Positions 10,148 through 19,438 of a stretch of 64,000 nt of DNA are shown here, piece by piece; position 1 is the first letter of the stretch, and every line of letters begins with the position of its first letter. The position numbers and the translations under genes were made by a program. The notes under the pieces are model-generated. The model searched no databases and was not told where the DNA came from. It worked only from the letters and a program-made list of their open reading frames with translations. The stretch is from the NCBI GenBank assembly GCA_040754455.1, contig JBFMCP010000005.1:32001-96000 (forward strand). The letters run 5' to 3'. The DNA comes from Nitrospirota bacterium. GTDB taxonomy: Bacteria > Nitrospirota > Thermodesulfovibrionia > Thermodesulfovibrionales > Dissulfurispiraceae.

Positions 10148-10839
10148 AACAGAAGGAAAACTATACCACACTGGTCATTGATGACGATAAGGATATTCTG
10201 AAGGTCCTCAAGGCGAACCTTGAGCTCCACAACCTCACTGTTCTCACCGCCGATTCCTGGACAGCAGGGCAAAAAATACTAGCAACAGAGAGGCCGGATC
10301 TCATGATTCTCGATCTCATGCTTCCCGACGGCGACGGCATAGAGATCTGCCGGACCATCAGGAAGTTCGACCCCACCCTGCCGATCATCATGCTCACCGC
10401 CAAGGACAAGATTTCCGACAAGGTCATCGGCCTCGAAAGCGGCGCCGACGACTATGTGGTCAAACCTTTTGAAACCCTCGAGCTGATTGCACGTATAAAG
10501 GCATGCCTGAGGAGAGTAAAGCCCGCGGAGAAAGAGGACCATATTACCATAGGCGACCTGAGCATTGATTACAAAAGGAGAGCCGTCAAAATAAGAAATC
10601 ACGAAGTTGTCCTCACGCCAAAGGAGTATGACCTGCTCTGCTTTCTGGCCGCCCATCGCCATAGAGTCGTGAGCAGGGAGGATATCAAGAAATATCTCTG
10701 GAAGGAATCGAAGATCTATTCCTGGAGCAGGGTCCTAGATGTGCATATCCAGCATCTACGCCACAAGATAGAAAAGAACCCTTCGGAGCCAGAATATATC
10801 ATCACTGTCCCGGGCGTGGGATACAAATTCAAAGAATAA
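10141..10839 (+). CDS. OmpR/PhoB family response regulator
   Basis: REC domain (DDD, LDLMLP, KPF) plus winged helix (LTPKEYDLL, DVHIQHLRHKIE, TVPGVGY). Confidence 0.95.
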   Translation: MLKQKENYTTLVIDDDKDILKVLKANLELHNLTVLTADSWTAGQKILATERPDLMILDLMLPDGDGIEICRTIRKFDPTLPIIMLTAKDKISDKVIGLESGADDYVVKPFETLELIARIKACLRRVKPAEKEDHITIGDLSIDYKRRAVKIRNHEVVLTPKEYDLLCFLAAHRHRVVSREDIKKYLWKESKIYSWSRVLDVHIQHLRHKIEKNPSEPEYIITVPGVGYKFKE

Positions 10840-10955
10840 GTTCGAAATCCTAAGCACTAAATCCTAAACAAATTCAAAATTCAAATAAATTGAGAGGTTT
10901 TGAATTTTGATCATTCGGATTTGTTTCGGATTTAGGATTTCGAATTTAGAATTTG
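10840..10955. repeat. Heptamer hairpin cassette between convergent operons (probable terminator)
   Basis: ttcgaaatcctaagcactaaatcctaaacaaattcaaaattcaaat ... tttgaattttgatcattcggatttgtttcggatttaggatttcgaatttagaattt. Confidence 0.8.
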
Positions 10956-11740
10956 AATGAGAGCGGTTTCCCTTTCCCCTTCATTTTCTCGCAGGCAGCG
11001 ATGCACTCTCCGCAGTTGTGGCAGAGCGGATAGATTTGTTCTCCCATCGGGTTCAGACCAAGTTGGCATGCCTCTGCGCATTCGAGACACCTGCCGCAGA
11101 CATGCACGGCGTCTTCGGAAAAGACGACCTTCATGGTTGATCTCATCCTGAACAAGCCCAGGAAGCCACCTACAGGGCAGATATAGTTGCACCAGACTCT
11201 CCGCGCAATAAACATCTCAGCAAGGACAATAATTCCGATAAGAGCGAGCTCCCATCCCACTACTTCCTCGTAAAAATATTTCGATATCTGGACGGAGATG
11301 ATCCCCGGCGCCGAAATGAGGTTCGCTGCCGGAAAGCCGATCAGCGGTGCAGCAATGAGCAGGCATACCATCACTGCATACCGCGGTACTGCCGTAGGAG
11401 GCAGCGTAAGTATTCTCCTGATGCGTCCCCTCCGGGAGAAGCAGTCGACTATTTCGGAAATCGTATTCTGCGGGCACATCCAGCTGCAGAAGACCCTCCC
11501 GAATACCAGAGCCAGAAGCAGCGGAAGGAGCATCGAGAGTAAGAGCACCCGGTCTGCGCTCAGCGATGCCATAACGGTCTGAACGCCGCTCAGGGGATCG
11601 GTGATCCAGAGCGGTCCGACAGCAAAGGAATAAAGGCTCCCTGTTATGGCCGTTATCCCCCTTATATTCAGCAGGGGAATAAGCACTATCATGAGCAGCG
11701 TCGCTCCCTGAGACAGCCTGCGCAGCAGTTTCAGTTTCAT
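10946..11740 (-). CDS. napH: NapH/MauN family quinol dehydrogenase membrane ferredoxin
   Basis: GRVFCSWMCP, RVWCNYICPVG and two C-terminal Cys clusters; nap operon context. Confidence 0.88.
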   Translation of the reverse strand: MKLKLLRRLSQGATLLMIVLIPLLNIRGITAITGSLYSFAVGPLWITDPLSGVQTVMASLSADRVLLLSMLLPLLLALVFGRVFCSWMCPQNTISEIVDCFSRRGRIRRILTLPPTAVPRYAVMVCLLIAAPLIGFPAANLISAPGIISVQISKYFYEEVVGWELALIGIIVLAEMFIARRVWCNYICPVGGFLGLFRMRSTMKVVFSEDAVHVCGRCLECAEACQLGLNPMGEQIYPLCHNCGECIAACEKMKGKGKPLSFKF

Positions 11741-12216
11741 TCCCTGCCTCCTGGTTGCACGGCAATCGCAGCGGGATCGACAGGACAGACATTTTCGCAG
11801 ATGCCGCAGCCGACGCATTTGCTATCATCGACCACCGGCCTCAATTCACCATCCATCTTTATTGCCTCATCGAAAATGGGACAGCTCTGGTAGCAGCTCC
11901 TGCAGATGGTTCCCTGCCAGGCGAGGCACTCTTTCTTGTTGATGCGCGCGACCCCCATCTTCACTTCCTGTTTTCTTTTCAGGCTGCGGTCGAGCGCACC
12001 GGATGGGCAGACAGGAGGACACTTCATGCAGAGATAGCAGGGGACCTCCCGCGCCCTGATATACGGCGTCCCCATGGCCGCCACCCCATCGAGAAGAGAA
12101 GCGGTCTTTATCGATTTATAGGGGCAGACCTGCATGCATTTGCCGCACCGCATGCACCGGGCAGCAAATTCGATCTCATTGAGAGCGCCGGGGGGACGAA
12201 GTAATTTTTTATTCAT
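11737..12216 (-). CDS. napG: NapG/MauM family 4x[4Fe-4S] ferredoxin
   Basis: LRPPGA...CMRCGKCMQVCP, PCYLC.KCPPVCP, CLAWQGTICRSC and CVGCGICENVCP. Confidence 0.85.
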   Translation of the reverse strand: MNKKLLRPPGALNEIEFAARCMRCGKCMQVCPYKSIKTASLLDGVAAMGTPYIRAREVPCYLCMKCPPVCPSGALDRSLKRKQEVKMGVARINKKECLAWQGTICRSCYQSCPIFDEAIKMDGELRPVVDDSKCVGCGICENVCPVDPAAIAVQPGGRE

Positions 12217-12436
12217 AATCTCCGGCAAAAACCGGGTATACTCCGACGACGTCTTCAAGAACGTAGAGTTCCTTTATCGTATCCTCTACGATGCTGAGGT
12301 CGTCTCCATCTATAACAGCGACAATCTGGTTGTCCTTAACACCGTAGACGCTCACCCTGTCGAGATCGGCGAGGCGGTGCAGCACCGCCTCGCTCATTCC
12401 CTCCTGAATTTCAATAACCACGCTGGCCACCGCCAT
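12209..12436 (-). CDS. napD: NapD chaperone
   Basis: 75-aa ferredoxin-like fold pattern (MAVASVVI...QIVAVID) directly after napA. Confidence 0.8.
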   Translation of the reverse strand: MAVASVVIEIQEGMSEAVLHRLADLDRVSVYGVKDNQIVAVIDGDDLSIVEDTIKELYVLEDVVGVYPVFAGDYE

Positions 12437-12444
12437 GGCTTCAC

Positions 12445-14748
12445 CTACACCTTCTCGACCTTCACCGCGCAGATCTTGAATTCAGGCTGCTTCGATTGCG
12501 CATCGTAGGCATCGGTGGTAAGGATGTTGATGAGTCTGTCGGGATAGTGCATGGGCACAAACACCAGCCCCTGCCGCGGCACATCGACCACTTTCGCCTC
12601 AAGGACGATCGATCCCCTCCGCGAAGTAAGCCTTACCTTATCCCTGCTCTTGATACCGAGCTTCTGTGCATCCTTCGGATTGATCTCAACGTAGGCGTCG
12701 GGCGCCGAGCGCTTCAGTTCGGGCACTTTGAGGGTCATCGTGCCGGTATGCCAGTGCTCGATCTGTCTTCCCGTAGTCAATACAAACGGGTACTCTGCAT
12801 CGGGCGGCTCAGCAGGACCTTTGTAAGGCCTGAGCCACACGGTCGCCTTGTTGCCGTCGGCCTTTGCGCCATAGAACGAGACATCCTTTGCATTGGGATC
12901 GAACTTCTTCAGGAGCGGGTCGCCGTATTTCGCCGTATACCGTCTCAGCGTACCGGGATGGTCCTCGGTCGGGCAGGGCCACAAAATACCGTGGGCCTTC
13001 TTCATCCGTGCCCTTGTCATTCCCATGAAATCATACGCCGTGCCTTTCGAGCACTGTCTGATTTCATTCCAGACATCTTCGGTATTTTTATAATTGAAGA
13101 GCCGCTTTGCTTCAGCCTCTCTGCCCAGGGCCTTGAAGAGCTTGTTCGCAAACTCGACCATCACCATCAGGTCAGGCCGGGCCTCGCCCTGCGGCTCTAC
13201 CGCTTTTTCGAGATATTGATAGCGACGCTCCGATTGGCCGTAGGTGCCGTCCTTTTCTACCCACAATGCAGCGGGAAGGACGAGATCGGCGAGTTCGGAG
13301 GTTCTGGTGGGATGATATGCCTCGGAAACCACAAGGAAGGTATCTTTCGATTCCATGCCCTTTCGGTAAGGTGAGAGATTGGGAAGGCTCTGTCCCGGAT
13401 TGGTACAGGCGATCCAGAGCGCCTTGATTTCGCCCCTGTTGAAACCTCTGAAGATATCGACTGCCGTCGGTCCTGGTTTCGGCTGTATTCTGCCCCTGGG
13501 AACGCCCCAGAACTTCTCCATATCCTCTCTGTCTTTTTCATTAGCGATGAGCCTGCCGTAAGGGAGCAGATGGCTCAGCAAGCCCGTATCTCTTATACCG
13601 CCGCAGGCATTCGGCTGTCCGGTGAGGGAGAAGGAGGTTGCGCCGGGCCTGCAGATCTGGCCGGTGAGGAGGTGGAGATTGTGAACGAGATTGTTCACCC
13701 ATACGCCGCGCGTCCTCTGGTTCAGACCCATGCACCAGAAGCTCATCGTCGCCCTGGACTGGGCGAACCAGCGTGCTGCCTTTATAATCTCTTCCTTCGG
13801 GCACTGCGAAACCTTTTCGGCCATTTCCGGCGTGTACTCTTCGAGAAATTTCACGTATTCCTCAAACGTGACCTTTGCCGGCTTATCGTCCTTTACTGTC
13901 TTGAATACAAGATGATTACCTACATAATCCTTGCTGTAAAGATTCTCTTTCACGATTACATGGGCCATGGCGTGGAGAATGGCGAGATCAGTGCCGGGAG
14001 TAAAGCTCATGTGCAGGTCGGCGATTCTCGCAGAAAGCGTCTTTCTCGGGTCGGCCATGATGATCTTTACGTTCTTATCTTTGTTCTTTCTCTCATTCAC
14101 CAGCCTGAAGATGACCGGGTGCGCCTCCGCCATGTTCGAGCCGATGATGAAGAAGCAGTCGGCATGATTGATATCGTCATAGGAACCCATAGGCTCGTCC
14201 TTGCCGAAGGTCGAGACATAGCCGACAGCTGCCGATGCCATGCAGAGCCGCGGGTTGCCGTCGATGTTGTTGGTGCCGAGGCCGCCCTTGAAGAATTTAT
14301 TCATGAAATAGGATTCCTCGGTGTAGGCCTGTCCCGACCCATAGAAGGCAACGGCGTTTGCACCGTTCTTCTTGATCGCGTCAGCAAACTTTTCAACCAT
14401 CAGGTCCATCGCCTCTTTCCAGGAGATGCGGACGAACTTGCCGTCTTTCTTCAGCATCGGTGAGGTTGCCCTGTCAGCGGCATAGAGGATCGGCGGCAGG
14501 TAATAGCCCTTAACGCAGAGGAATCCCTTATTCCAGTTATCCTTGTCGCCCTGTACGGCAACGACCTTGCCTTTGCTTACACCGGCATAGACACCGCAGC
14601 CTGCGCCGCAGTATCTGCAGACCGCCTTTACCCACTTCTCGGCATGCACTGCTTGAAGCTCCTTCGGCAGCGGCAGCTCAAGTCCGATAGCAGAGGCTGC
14701 GGCAAGAGCGGCGGAATATTTGATCAATTGTCTTCGTGTCATTTGCAT
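12445..14748 (-). CDS. napA: Periplasmic nitrate reductase catalytic subunit
   Basis: Tat signal TRRQLIK; CRYCGAGC...C Fe-S motif; NPRLCMASA Mo-ligand; SLTGQPNACG; HWHTGTMT; SKQPEFKICAV. Confidence 0.95.
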   Translation of the reverse strand: MQMTRRQLIKYSAALAAASAIGLELPLPKELQAVHAEKWVKAVCRYCGAGCGVYAGVSKGKVVAVQGDKDNWNKGFLCVKGYYLPPILYAADRATSPMLKKDGKFVRISWKEAMDLMVEKFADAIKKNGANAVAFYGSGQAYTEESYFMNKFFKGGLGTNNIDGNPRLCMASAAVGYVSTFGKDEPMGSYDDINHADCFFIIGSNMAEAHPVIFRLVNERKNKDKNVKIIMADPRKTLSARIADLHMSFTPGTDLAILHAMAHVIVKENLYSKDYVGNHLVFKTVKDDKPAKVTFEEYVKFLEEYTPEMAEKVSQCPKEEIIKAARWFAQSRATMSFWCMGLNQRTRGVWVNNLVHNLHLLTGQICRPGATSFSLTGQPNACGGIRDTGLLSHLLPYGRLIANEKDREDMEKFWGVPRGRIQPKPGPTAVDIFRGFNRGEIKALWIACTNPGQSLPNLSPYRKGMESKDTFLVVSEAYHPTRTSELADLVLPAALWVEKDGTYGQSERRYQYLEKAVEPQGEARPDLMVMVEFANKLFKALGREAEAKRLFNYKNTEDVWNEIRQCSKGTAYDFMGMTRARMKKAHGILWPCPTEDHPGTLRRYTAKYGDPLLKKFDPNAKDVSFYGAKADGNKATVWLRPYKGPAEPPDAEYPFVLTTGRQIEHWHTGTMTLKVPELKRSAPDAYVEINPKDAQKLGIKSRDKVRLTSRRGSIVLEAKVVDVPRQGLVFVPMHYPDRLINILTTDAYDAQSKQPEFKICAVKVEKV

Positions 14749-14750
14749 GA

Positions 14751-15104
14751 TTATTTCCCTCCCTGCGTGTGGAACTTGCCGGTCACCGCATGCGCATCAT
14801 GGCACAAGAAACAATCTCTCACCTTCGGCGGCAGTTTCTTCTCCACATCCACAACCTTTTCTCCATGGCAGCCGCGGCATCTGTAGATGTCGGGCTTCGC
14901 CATGAAGTTCTTGTCCGTTGAACCGTGGCATACCACACACTTTACATTCATCAGTCCGTGTTTGCCGTCCTGCCACACCTGTGTCTGTGTCCCGTGGCAT
15001 TCATAACACTCCTGATCCTCAGGTGTCTTTATGTGCTTTTTCTCCTTTGCGGGAACAGCGACCGGCAGGATAAGGATCAGGATGAGCACTATAAGTTTTT
15101 TCAT
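14751..15104 (-). CDS. Periplasmic tetraheme cytochrome c (NapM-like)
   Basis: Sec signal plus four CxxCH motifs (CYECH, CVVCH, CRGCH, CFLCH), immediately upstream of napA. Confidence 0.85.
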   Translation of the reverse strand: MKKLIVLILILILPVAVPAKEKKHIKTPEDQECYECHGTQTQVWQDGKHGLMNVKCVVCHGSTDKNFMAKPDIYRCRGCHGEKVVDVEKKLPPKVRDCFLCHDAHAVTGKFHTQGGK

Positions 15105-15175
15105 AAAACCCCCTCGGAATTGCACCACAGAGAGCACAGCGCGTTGCTCCATGCTCTCCGTGGTCAGGTCGTTAA

Positions 15176-16849
15176 TTATTTTGCCGATGCGGTCTTGAGA
15201 GCCATCGCGTCGTTCAGAAGCTTGATGCCCTTCTGCGACTCGTCAATGGATCTCGTAAGCGACTCTCGTGCCATATCAGGGTTATGGAAGCCGTCGGAAT
15301 TCTCCGCAGTCCAGAACTCCCAGAGAATATGCGCCCTCAAGTGCTGATCCTGTGCCTTCTTAATGGTCTCGGCATCAACGCCTGCTTTCTTCGCCTCGAG
15401 GATCTTGTCGATAAGTGCCGAGAGGTTGAACTCAGCCTTTCTCATCTTTCCTCTTATATACGCCTTAACGGAATCAATAGCATACTTTGCCTGCTCTTCG
15501 GTCCACTTCGGATGGCACTTGAGGCAGGTCTCTTTGAGCTGCACCTTTGGAGTGACAGCAAAGTGCGACGTATAGAGCTTGCCGGTCTTCTTGTCCTTTA
15601 CCTTAGGCGTATGGCATCTGTCGCAGCCGACGCCGGCCTTGCCGTGCTTTGAGTTGTAGTAAGCTTCTGCTTCGGGGTGCTGCGCCTTCCAGAGCATGCC
15701 GCCGGTCAGAGCGTGCTTGAAATCGACAAAATTGATTTTGTTCACATAGTGCTCATAGAGTTCGAACACATCTTTGTAGGGGAAGTGGTTGGTCCTTCTG
15801 TCGGTCATCTTCACCGGCTCGCCCGTCTTGGTGTCGGTGCCGGGGTTGCAGTTATACTCCACATGGCATTGGCCGCACTGGAGTTTCGTATCGTATTTCT
15901 CGAGCAGCGCAATCTTTCTGGTGTAGCCCCTTACCCCCATATCGATAACAGTGATCTTGGTCCTCTTCGGGTCTTTGTGCCAGAGCGTATCGCCGTCAGG
16001 CCTGGTGAGCGCATCGATGAGACCGTCTCGCACGATCCTCGGCTTTGCTGCATGCGGATCGTGGCAGGTGTAGCAGTTGAGGCCATGCTGTACCGACTTG
16101 GCTACTTCGACGACATTCGATGTCCTCGAAAATTTTGCACCCTGCACCGGATCGCCCATATATGCCCAATCAAGGATCTGGTCCTGGGTCTTGCACTGCA
16201 GGCAGACCGGGTTGGCCGCTGCCGCGCTTTGGGTGATATACGCTTTATGCTCTTTGCTATCCGGATACTTGTCCATCAGGATGTCCCAGGCCTTGCCGGT
16301 CTCGAAGATATACTGCCAGCCGTTCTTGCCCTGAAACCTGCCGCCGTACGCCCTGTCAACAACCAGGTGATCCACCAGCATCGAGACATGGCTCCTGGTC
16401 AGCGCATGCTCTTTGGTGAAGCCGTGACCTGCCATGAGCTTGTCCCAGAACGGATTGGGCGCCCTGTTGGTGAGCTGTGATTTCTCATCCCTTGCAGGGC
16501 GGTGATAGGCCTGCTTCATAAAGGACTCCATCTGCTCTTTATGGCACTGGCCGCAGGCTTGCCAGGACATATCGGTAACCGGTCTCGTGTCAGGTCCGGG
16601 AGCCTTGAGATGCTTGTCGAGCCCGCTGTGGCAGTTTACACAGTTGATCTTTGCATGCTTGCCCATCTTGTGCAGGTCCTTCACCTGTGCATGGCACATA
16701 TAGCATGCATCCACCTTAACCGGTTTTTCCGCTGCTGCCTTCCTTGCATCGGGATTCTTATACTGCGCGTCGGCATTGCTGTAAAAACCAAATCCCGCAA
16801 GCGCCATGATAAAAATTGTTGCTACTACGAAATACCCTCTCCTATTCAT
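15176..16849 (-). CDS. Octaheme cytochrome c nitrite reductase (ONR/TvNiR type, ammonia-forming)
   Basis: 7 CxxCH plus one CxxCK (CLQCK) active-site heme; CGQCHVEYNC (Tyr-x-Cys), KAQHPE and AENSDGFHNP. Confidence 0.93.
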   Translation of the reverse strand: MNRRGYFVVATIFIMALAGFGFYSNADAQYKNPDARKAAAEKPVKVDACYMCHAQVKDLHKMGKHAKINCVNCHSGLDKHLKAPGPDTRPVTDMSWQACGQCHKEQMESFMKQAYHRPARDEKSQLTNRAPNPFWDKLMAGHGFTKEHALTRSHVSMLVDHLVVDRAYGGRFQGKNGWQYIFETGKAWDILMDKYPDSKEHKAYITQSAAAANPVCLQCKTQDQILDWAYMGDPVQGAKFSRTSNVVEVAKSVQHGLNCYTCHDPHAAKPRIVRDGLIDALTRPDGDTLWHKDPKRTKITVIDMGVRGYTRKIALLEKYDTKLQCGQCHVEYNCNPGTDTKTGEPVKMTDRRTNHFPYKDVFELYEHYVNKINFVDFKHALTGGMLWKAQHPEAEAYYNSKHGKAGVGCDRCHTPKVKDKKTGKLYTSHFAVTPKVQLKETCLKCHPKWTEEQAKYAIDSVKAYIRGKMRKAEFNLSALIDKILEAKKAGVDAETIKKAQDQHLRAHILWEFWTAENSDGFHNPDMARESLTRSIDESQKGIKLLNDAMALKTASAK

Positions 16850-16949
16850 TGCTTCCCTCCTCATCCTGTGTTTTAAAAAGTGCCTTTCCCCTCGAAATGA
16901 GTGGTCCATACCGACTCCCCGTACATTTAAAATTTTCAACAACCTGACT

Positions 16950-17011
16950 ACATGGTACTTACAAATCAGGTAAATTTCACATTAATCCGCGTAAATTTTT
17001 TGTAAATTTTG
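16950..17011 (-). promoter_or_regulatory. Candidate OmpR-type tandem direct-repeat site and promoter upstream of the onr-nap operon
   Basis: GTAAATTT at 16970, 16991 and 17002 (21- and 11-bp spacing); TACCAT -10-like hexamer downstream on the minus strand. Confidence 0.5.
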
Positions 17012-17108
17012 AGGGGAAGGAGAACGTGCAGAAAGCATAGGCAGCAGGAGCAAAAAGAACTGCACTATTCATAGTAAAAACCCAGCGGGACCGAACTCTT
17101 CGGTGTCT

Positions 17109-17597
17109 CTAGAAAGAGGCCTCTTTCTGCTCGAGCTGAAAGCCGATCTTTCTCAACTCAGCAGCGATCATTTCGACGAACTTGCCGATGTTATTCTGAA
17201 TTTCCTCTGACATTGCGAGGCCGGTATCCATGCATTTCGGTTCGATGCCGAGAAGCACAATGTGCTTCGGCATCTTCTCGGTAAGCTGTGCTGCGGCGAG
17301 GAGGTCGGAGAGGCCGAGCTGGTGGGGAGAAATTTTACTATAGAAAAAAGCGGGGACTTCATCGCCCTCCATGCGCACGATGGTGCCGGGAGGGTTTCCG
17401 TTCTTTACGACATCAATGACAAAGACGTAATCTCTACCCTCAATGTAATGGAGAAGCTCTATTCCCATAGTGCCGCCGTCGATAACTTCGACGCCTTCGG
17501 GGATACGGTATTTCCTCTGGAACTCCTCCACCACCCGCACCCCTGCTCCCTCATCCATCAGGAGCAAATTTCCTATTCCCATTACTAAAACATTCAT
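17109..17597 (-). CDS. hybD: Hydrogenase maturation protease HyaD/HybD
   Basis: GIGNLLLMDEGAGV, DGGTMG and SPHQLGL motifs. Confidence 0.92.
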   Translation of the reverse strand: MNVLVMGIGNLLLMDEGAGVRVVEEFQRKYRIPEGVEVIDGGTMGIELLHYIEGRDYVFVIDVVKNGNPPGTIVRMEGDEVPAFFYSKISPHQLGLSDLLAAAQLTEKMPKHIVLLGIEPKCMDTGLAMSEEIQNNIGKFVEMIAAELRKIGFQLEQKEASF

Positions 17598-17645
17598 AAA
17601 TGATCACCCTTTTATAATTTAACATACGTAGGAATGACACACCCT

Positions 17646-17700
17646 TAAAAAGGGGGCAGGGCAAAGTACTGAGAAAAATTCCAAGTACCATGCCCCTCTC
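17646..17700 (-). terminator. Possible intrinsic terminator after hybC
   Basis: Minus strand GGGGCATGGTACT...AGTACTTTGCCCTGCCCCC followed by TTTTT. Confidence 0.45.
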
Positions 17701-17716
17701 AAATAATTTATACCCC

Positions 17717-19417
17717 CTAAAACGCTTTGACTTTTACGACCTCCCTCTTCTTCGCATCCACCACATGGATTGCGCACGCAAGACACGGATCGAAAGAGTG
17801 GACGGTCCTCAACACCTCGAGCGGCTTTTCGGGATCAGCGACAGGATTGCCGATAAGAGATGCCTCATAGGGGCCGAGCGCATCCCCATCGTTTCTCGGG
17901 CCGGCATTCCAGGTCGAAGGCACCACTGCCTGATAGTTTTTAATCTTCCCCTTATCGATCACCACCCAATGGGAGAGTACGCCCCTCGGCGCTTCGTGGA
18001 ATCCGAAACCTTTGATCTCCCCCTTCGGAAATTCGGGACGATTGAAGGTTGTCATATCGCCTTTTGCAATGTTATTAACCAATGCCTCCCACTGACTCTT
18101 GAGGGTCTCATACATCACCGCGCAACGCACTGCTCTCGCTGCATGGCGGCCGATGGTCGAGTGGAGCGCCGTTACCGGCACCTTAGCGCCGGCGAGGCTG
18201 CTCACTGTAGCAAGCGCTTTATCCGTATATTTCTTGGTGGGTGCATGTCCTGCGGCATACATACACAAAACATTTGCAAGCGGACCGACCTGAGCCGGCT
18301 TTCCATTAAAGCTGGGTGCCTTCACCCAGGAATACTTGCCGTTGTCCTGGAAATTGGTATAGTGCGGGATCGTCTCCTCCTCCCACGGATGGCGCGTCCA
18401 GTTGCCTTCGTACCACGAATGTTTAATGCTTTCTTTGACGCCTTTCTTGAAGGTCTCGTCCTGGAAGCTCGTGATCGGCTTGAAGCGGCCGATATCGCCG
18501 CCCTCGATGTAGCCGCCGGGATGCGCAAACACGGTTCCTCTGGAATCCATCGGGAAGTCGGGAACAGAAAGATAATTCGTTACTCCTGCGCCGTACTTGG
18601 TCCAGTCGGCATAGAAGGCGCCTACTGCACAGACATCAACAAAATAGACATTGTGTACGAAGTCGCCGATCTCATCGATGATCGATTTGATGTAGTACAG
18701 CCGCTCCATCGTCAGTGTCGAGGGGCTGTCGGGGTTGATCGGATTGGCGACGCCGCCTACTGCCAAATTCTGGATATGCGGGGTTTTGCCGCCGAGGATC
18801 GAGACGATCATGTTTGCCTTGCGCTGGTACTCGAGCGCCTGGAGGTAGTGCGCTGCAGCGAGCAGGTTGACCTCGGGCGAGAGCTTCATGGCAGGATGAC
18901 CCCAGTAGCCATTGGTAAAGATGCCGAGCTGGCCGGTGCCGACAAAGGCCTTGAGTCGGTCCTGCACCTCTTTGAAGTGCTGCGAGCTGTTCATCTTCCA
19001 TGAGGAGACGCTCTGGGCGATCTGCGCTGTCTTCCTGGGATCAGCTTTCAACGCCGAAACGATATCCACCCAGTCAAGAGCGGAGAGATGATAGAAGTGA
19101 ACAATGTGATCATGGATTGCATGAGCAGCGATAATGAGATTTCTTATATACTGTGCATTGACCGGCACCTCGAGGTTCAATGCGTTCTCGACGGCTCTTA
19201 CTGACGCAATCGCATGCACCGTGGTGCAGACACCGCAGATTCTCTGGGTAAAGAGCCATGCCTCGCGCGGGTCTCTCCCCTTGAGGATGAGCTCGATGCC
19301 GCGCCACATCTGGCCCGACGACCAGGCGTTCTTCACCACCCCGCCGTCGATCTCGCAGTCTATCCTCAAATGACCTTCTATTCTTGTTACCGGATCGATG
19401 GTTATTCTTTTTGACAT
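17717..19417 (-). CDS. hybC: [NiFe] hydrogenase large subunit, group 1 (Hyd-2/HybC type)
   Basis: DPVTRIEGH, L1 RICGVC, L2 DPCLACAIH plus C-terminal extension. Confidence 0.93.
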   Translation of the reverse strand: MSKRITIDPVTRIEGHLRIDCEIDGGVVKNAWSSGQMWRGIELILKGRDPREAWLFTQRICGVCTTVHAIASVRAVENALNLEVPVNAQYIRNLIIAAHAIHDHIVHFYHLSALDWVDIVSALKADPRKTAQIAQSVSSWKMNSSQHFKEVQDRLKAFVGTGQLGIFTNGYWGHPAMKLSPEVNLLAAAHYLQALEYQRKANMIVSILGGKTPHIQNLAVGGVANPINPDSPSTLTMERLYYIKSIIDEIGDFVHNVYFVDVCAVGAFYADWTKYGAGVTNYLSVPDFPMDSRGTVFAHPGGYIEGGDIGRFKPITSFQDETFKKGVKESIKHSWYEGNWTRHPWEEETIPHYTNFQDNGKYSWVKAPSFNGKPAQVGPLANVLCMYAAGHAPTKKYTDKALATVSSLAGAKVPVTALHSTIGRHAARAVRCAVMYETLKSQWEALVNNIAKGDMTTFNRPEFPKGEIKGFGFHEAPRGVLSHWVVIDKGKIKNYQAVVPSTWNAGPRNDGDALGPYEASLIGNPVADPEKPLEVLRTVHSFDPCLACAIHVVDAKKREVVKVKAF

Positions 19418-19438
19418 GGAATATTCCTCCTATAAAAA

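Noticed and set aside
10840..10955. Repeat cassettes considered as CRISPR arrays or MITEs
   Set aside because: There is no repeat-spacer periodicity, no cas gene, no transposase and no visible target-site duplication.
17690..19003. Long antisense ORFs (also 23835-25100, 32826-34145, 54111-55256, 59323-60486 and others)
   Set aside because: They are shadow frames opposite well-supported genes and show no recognisable motifs.
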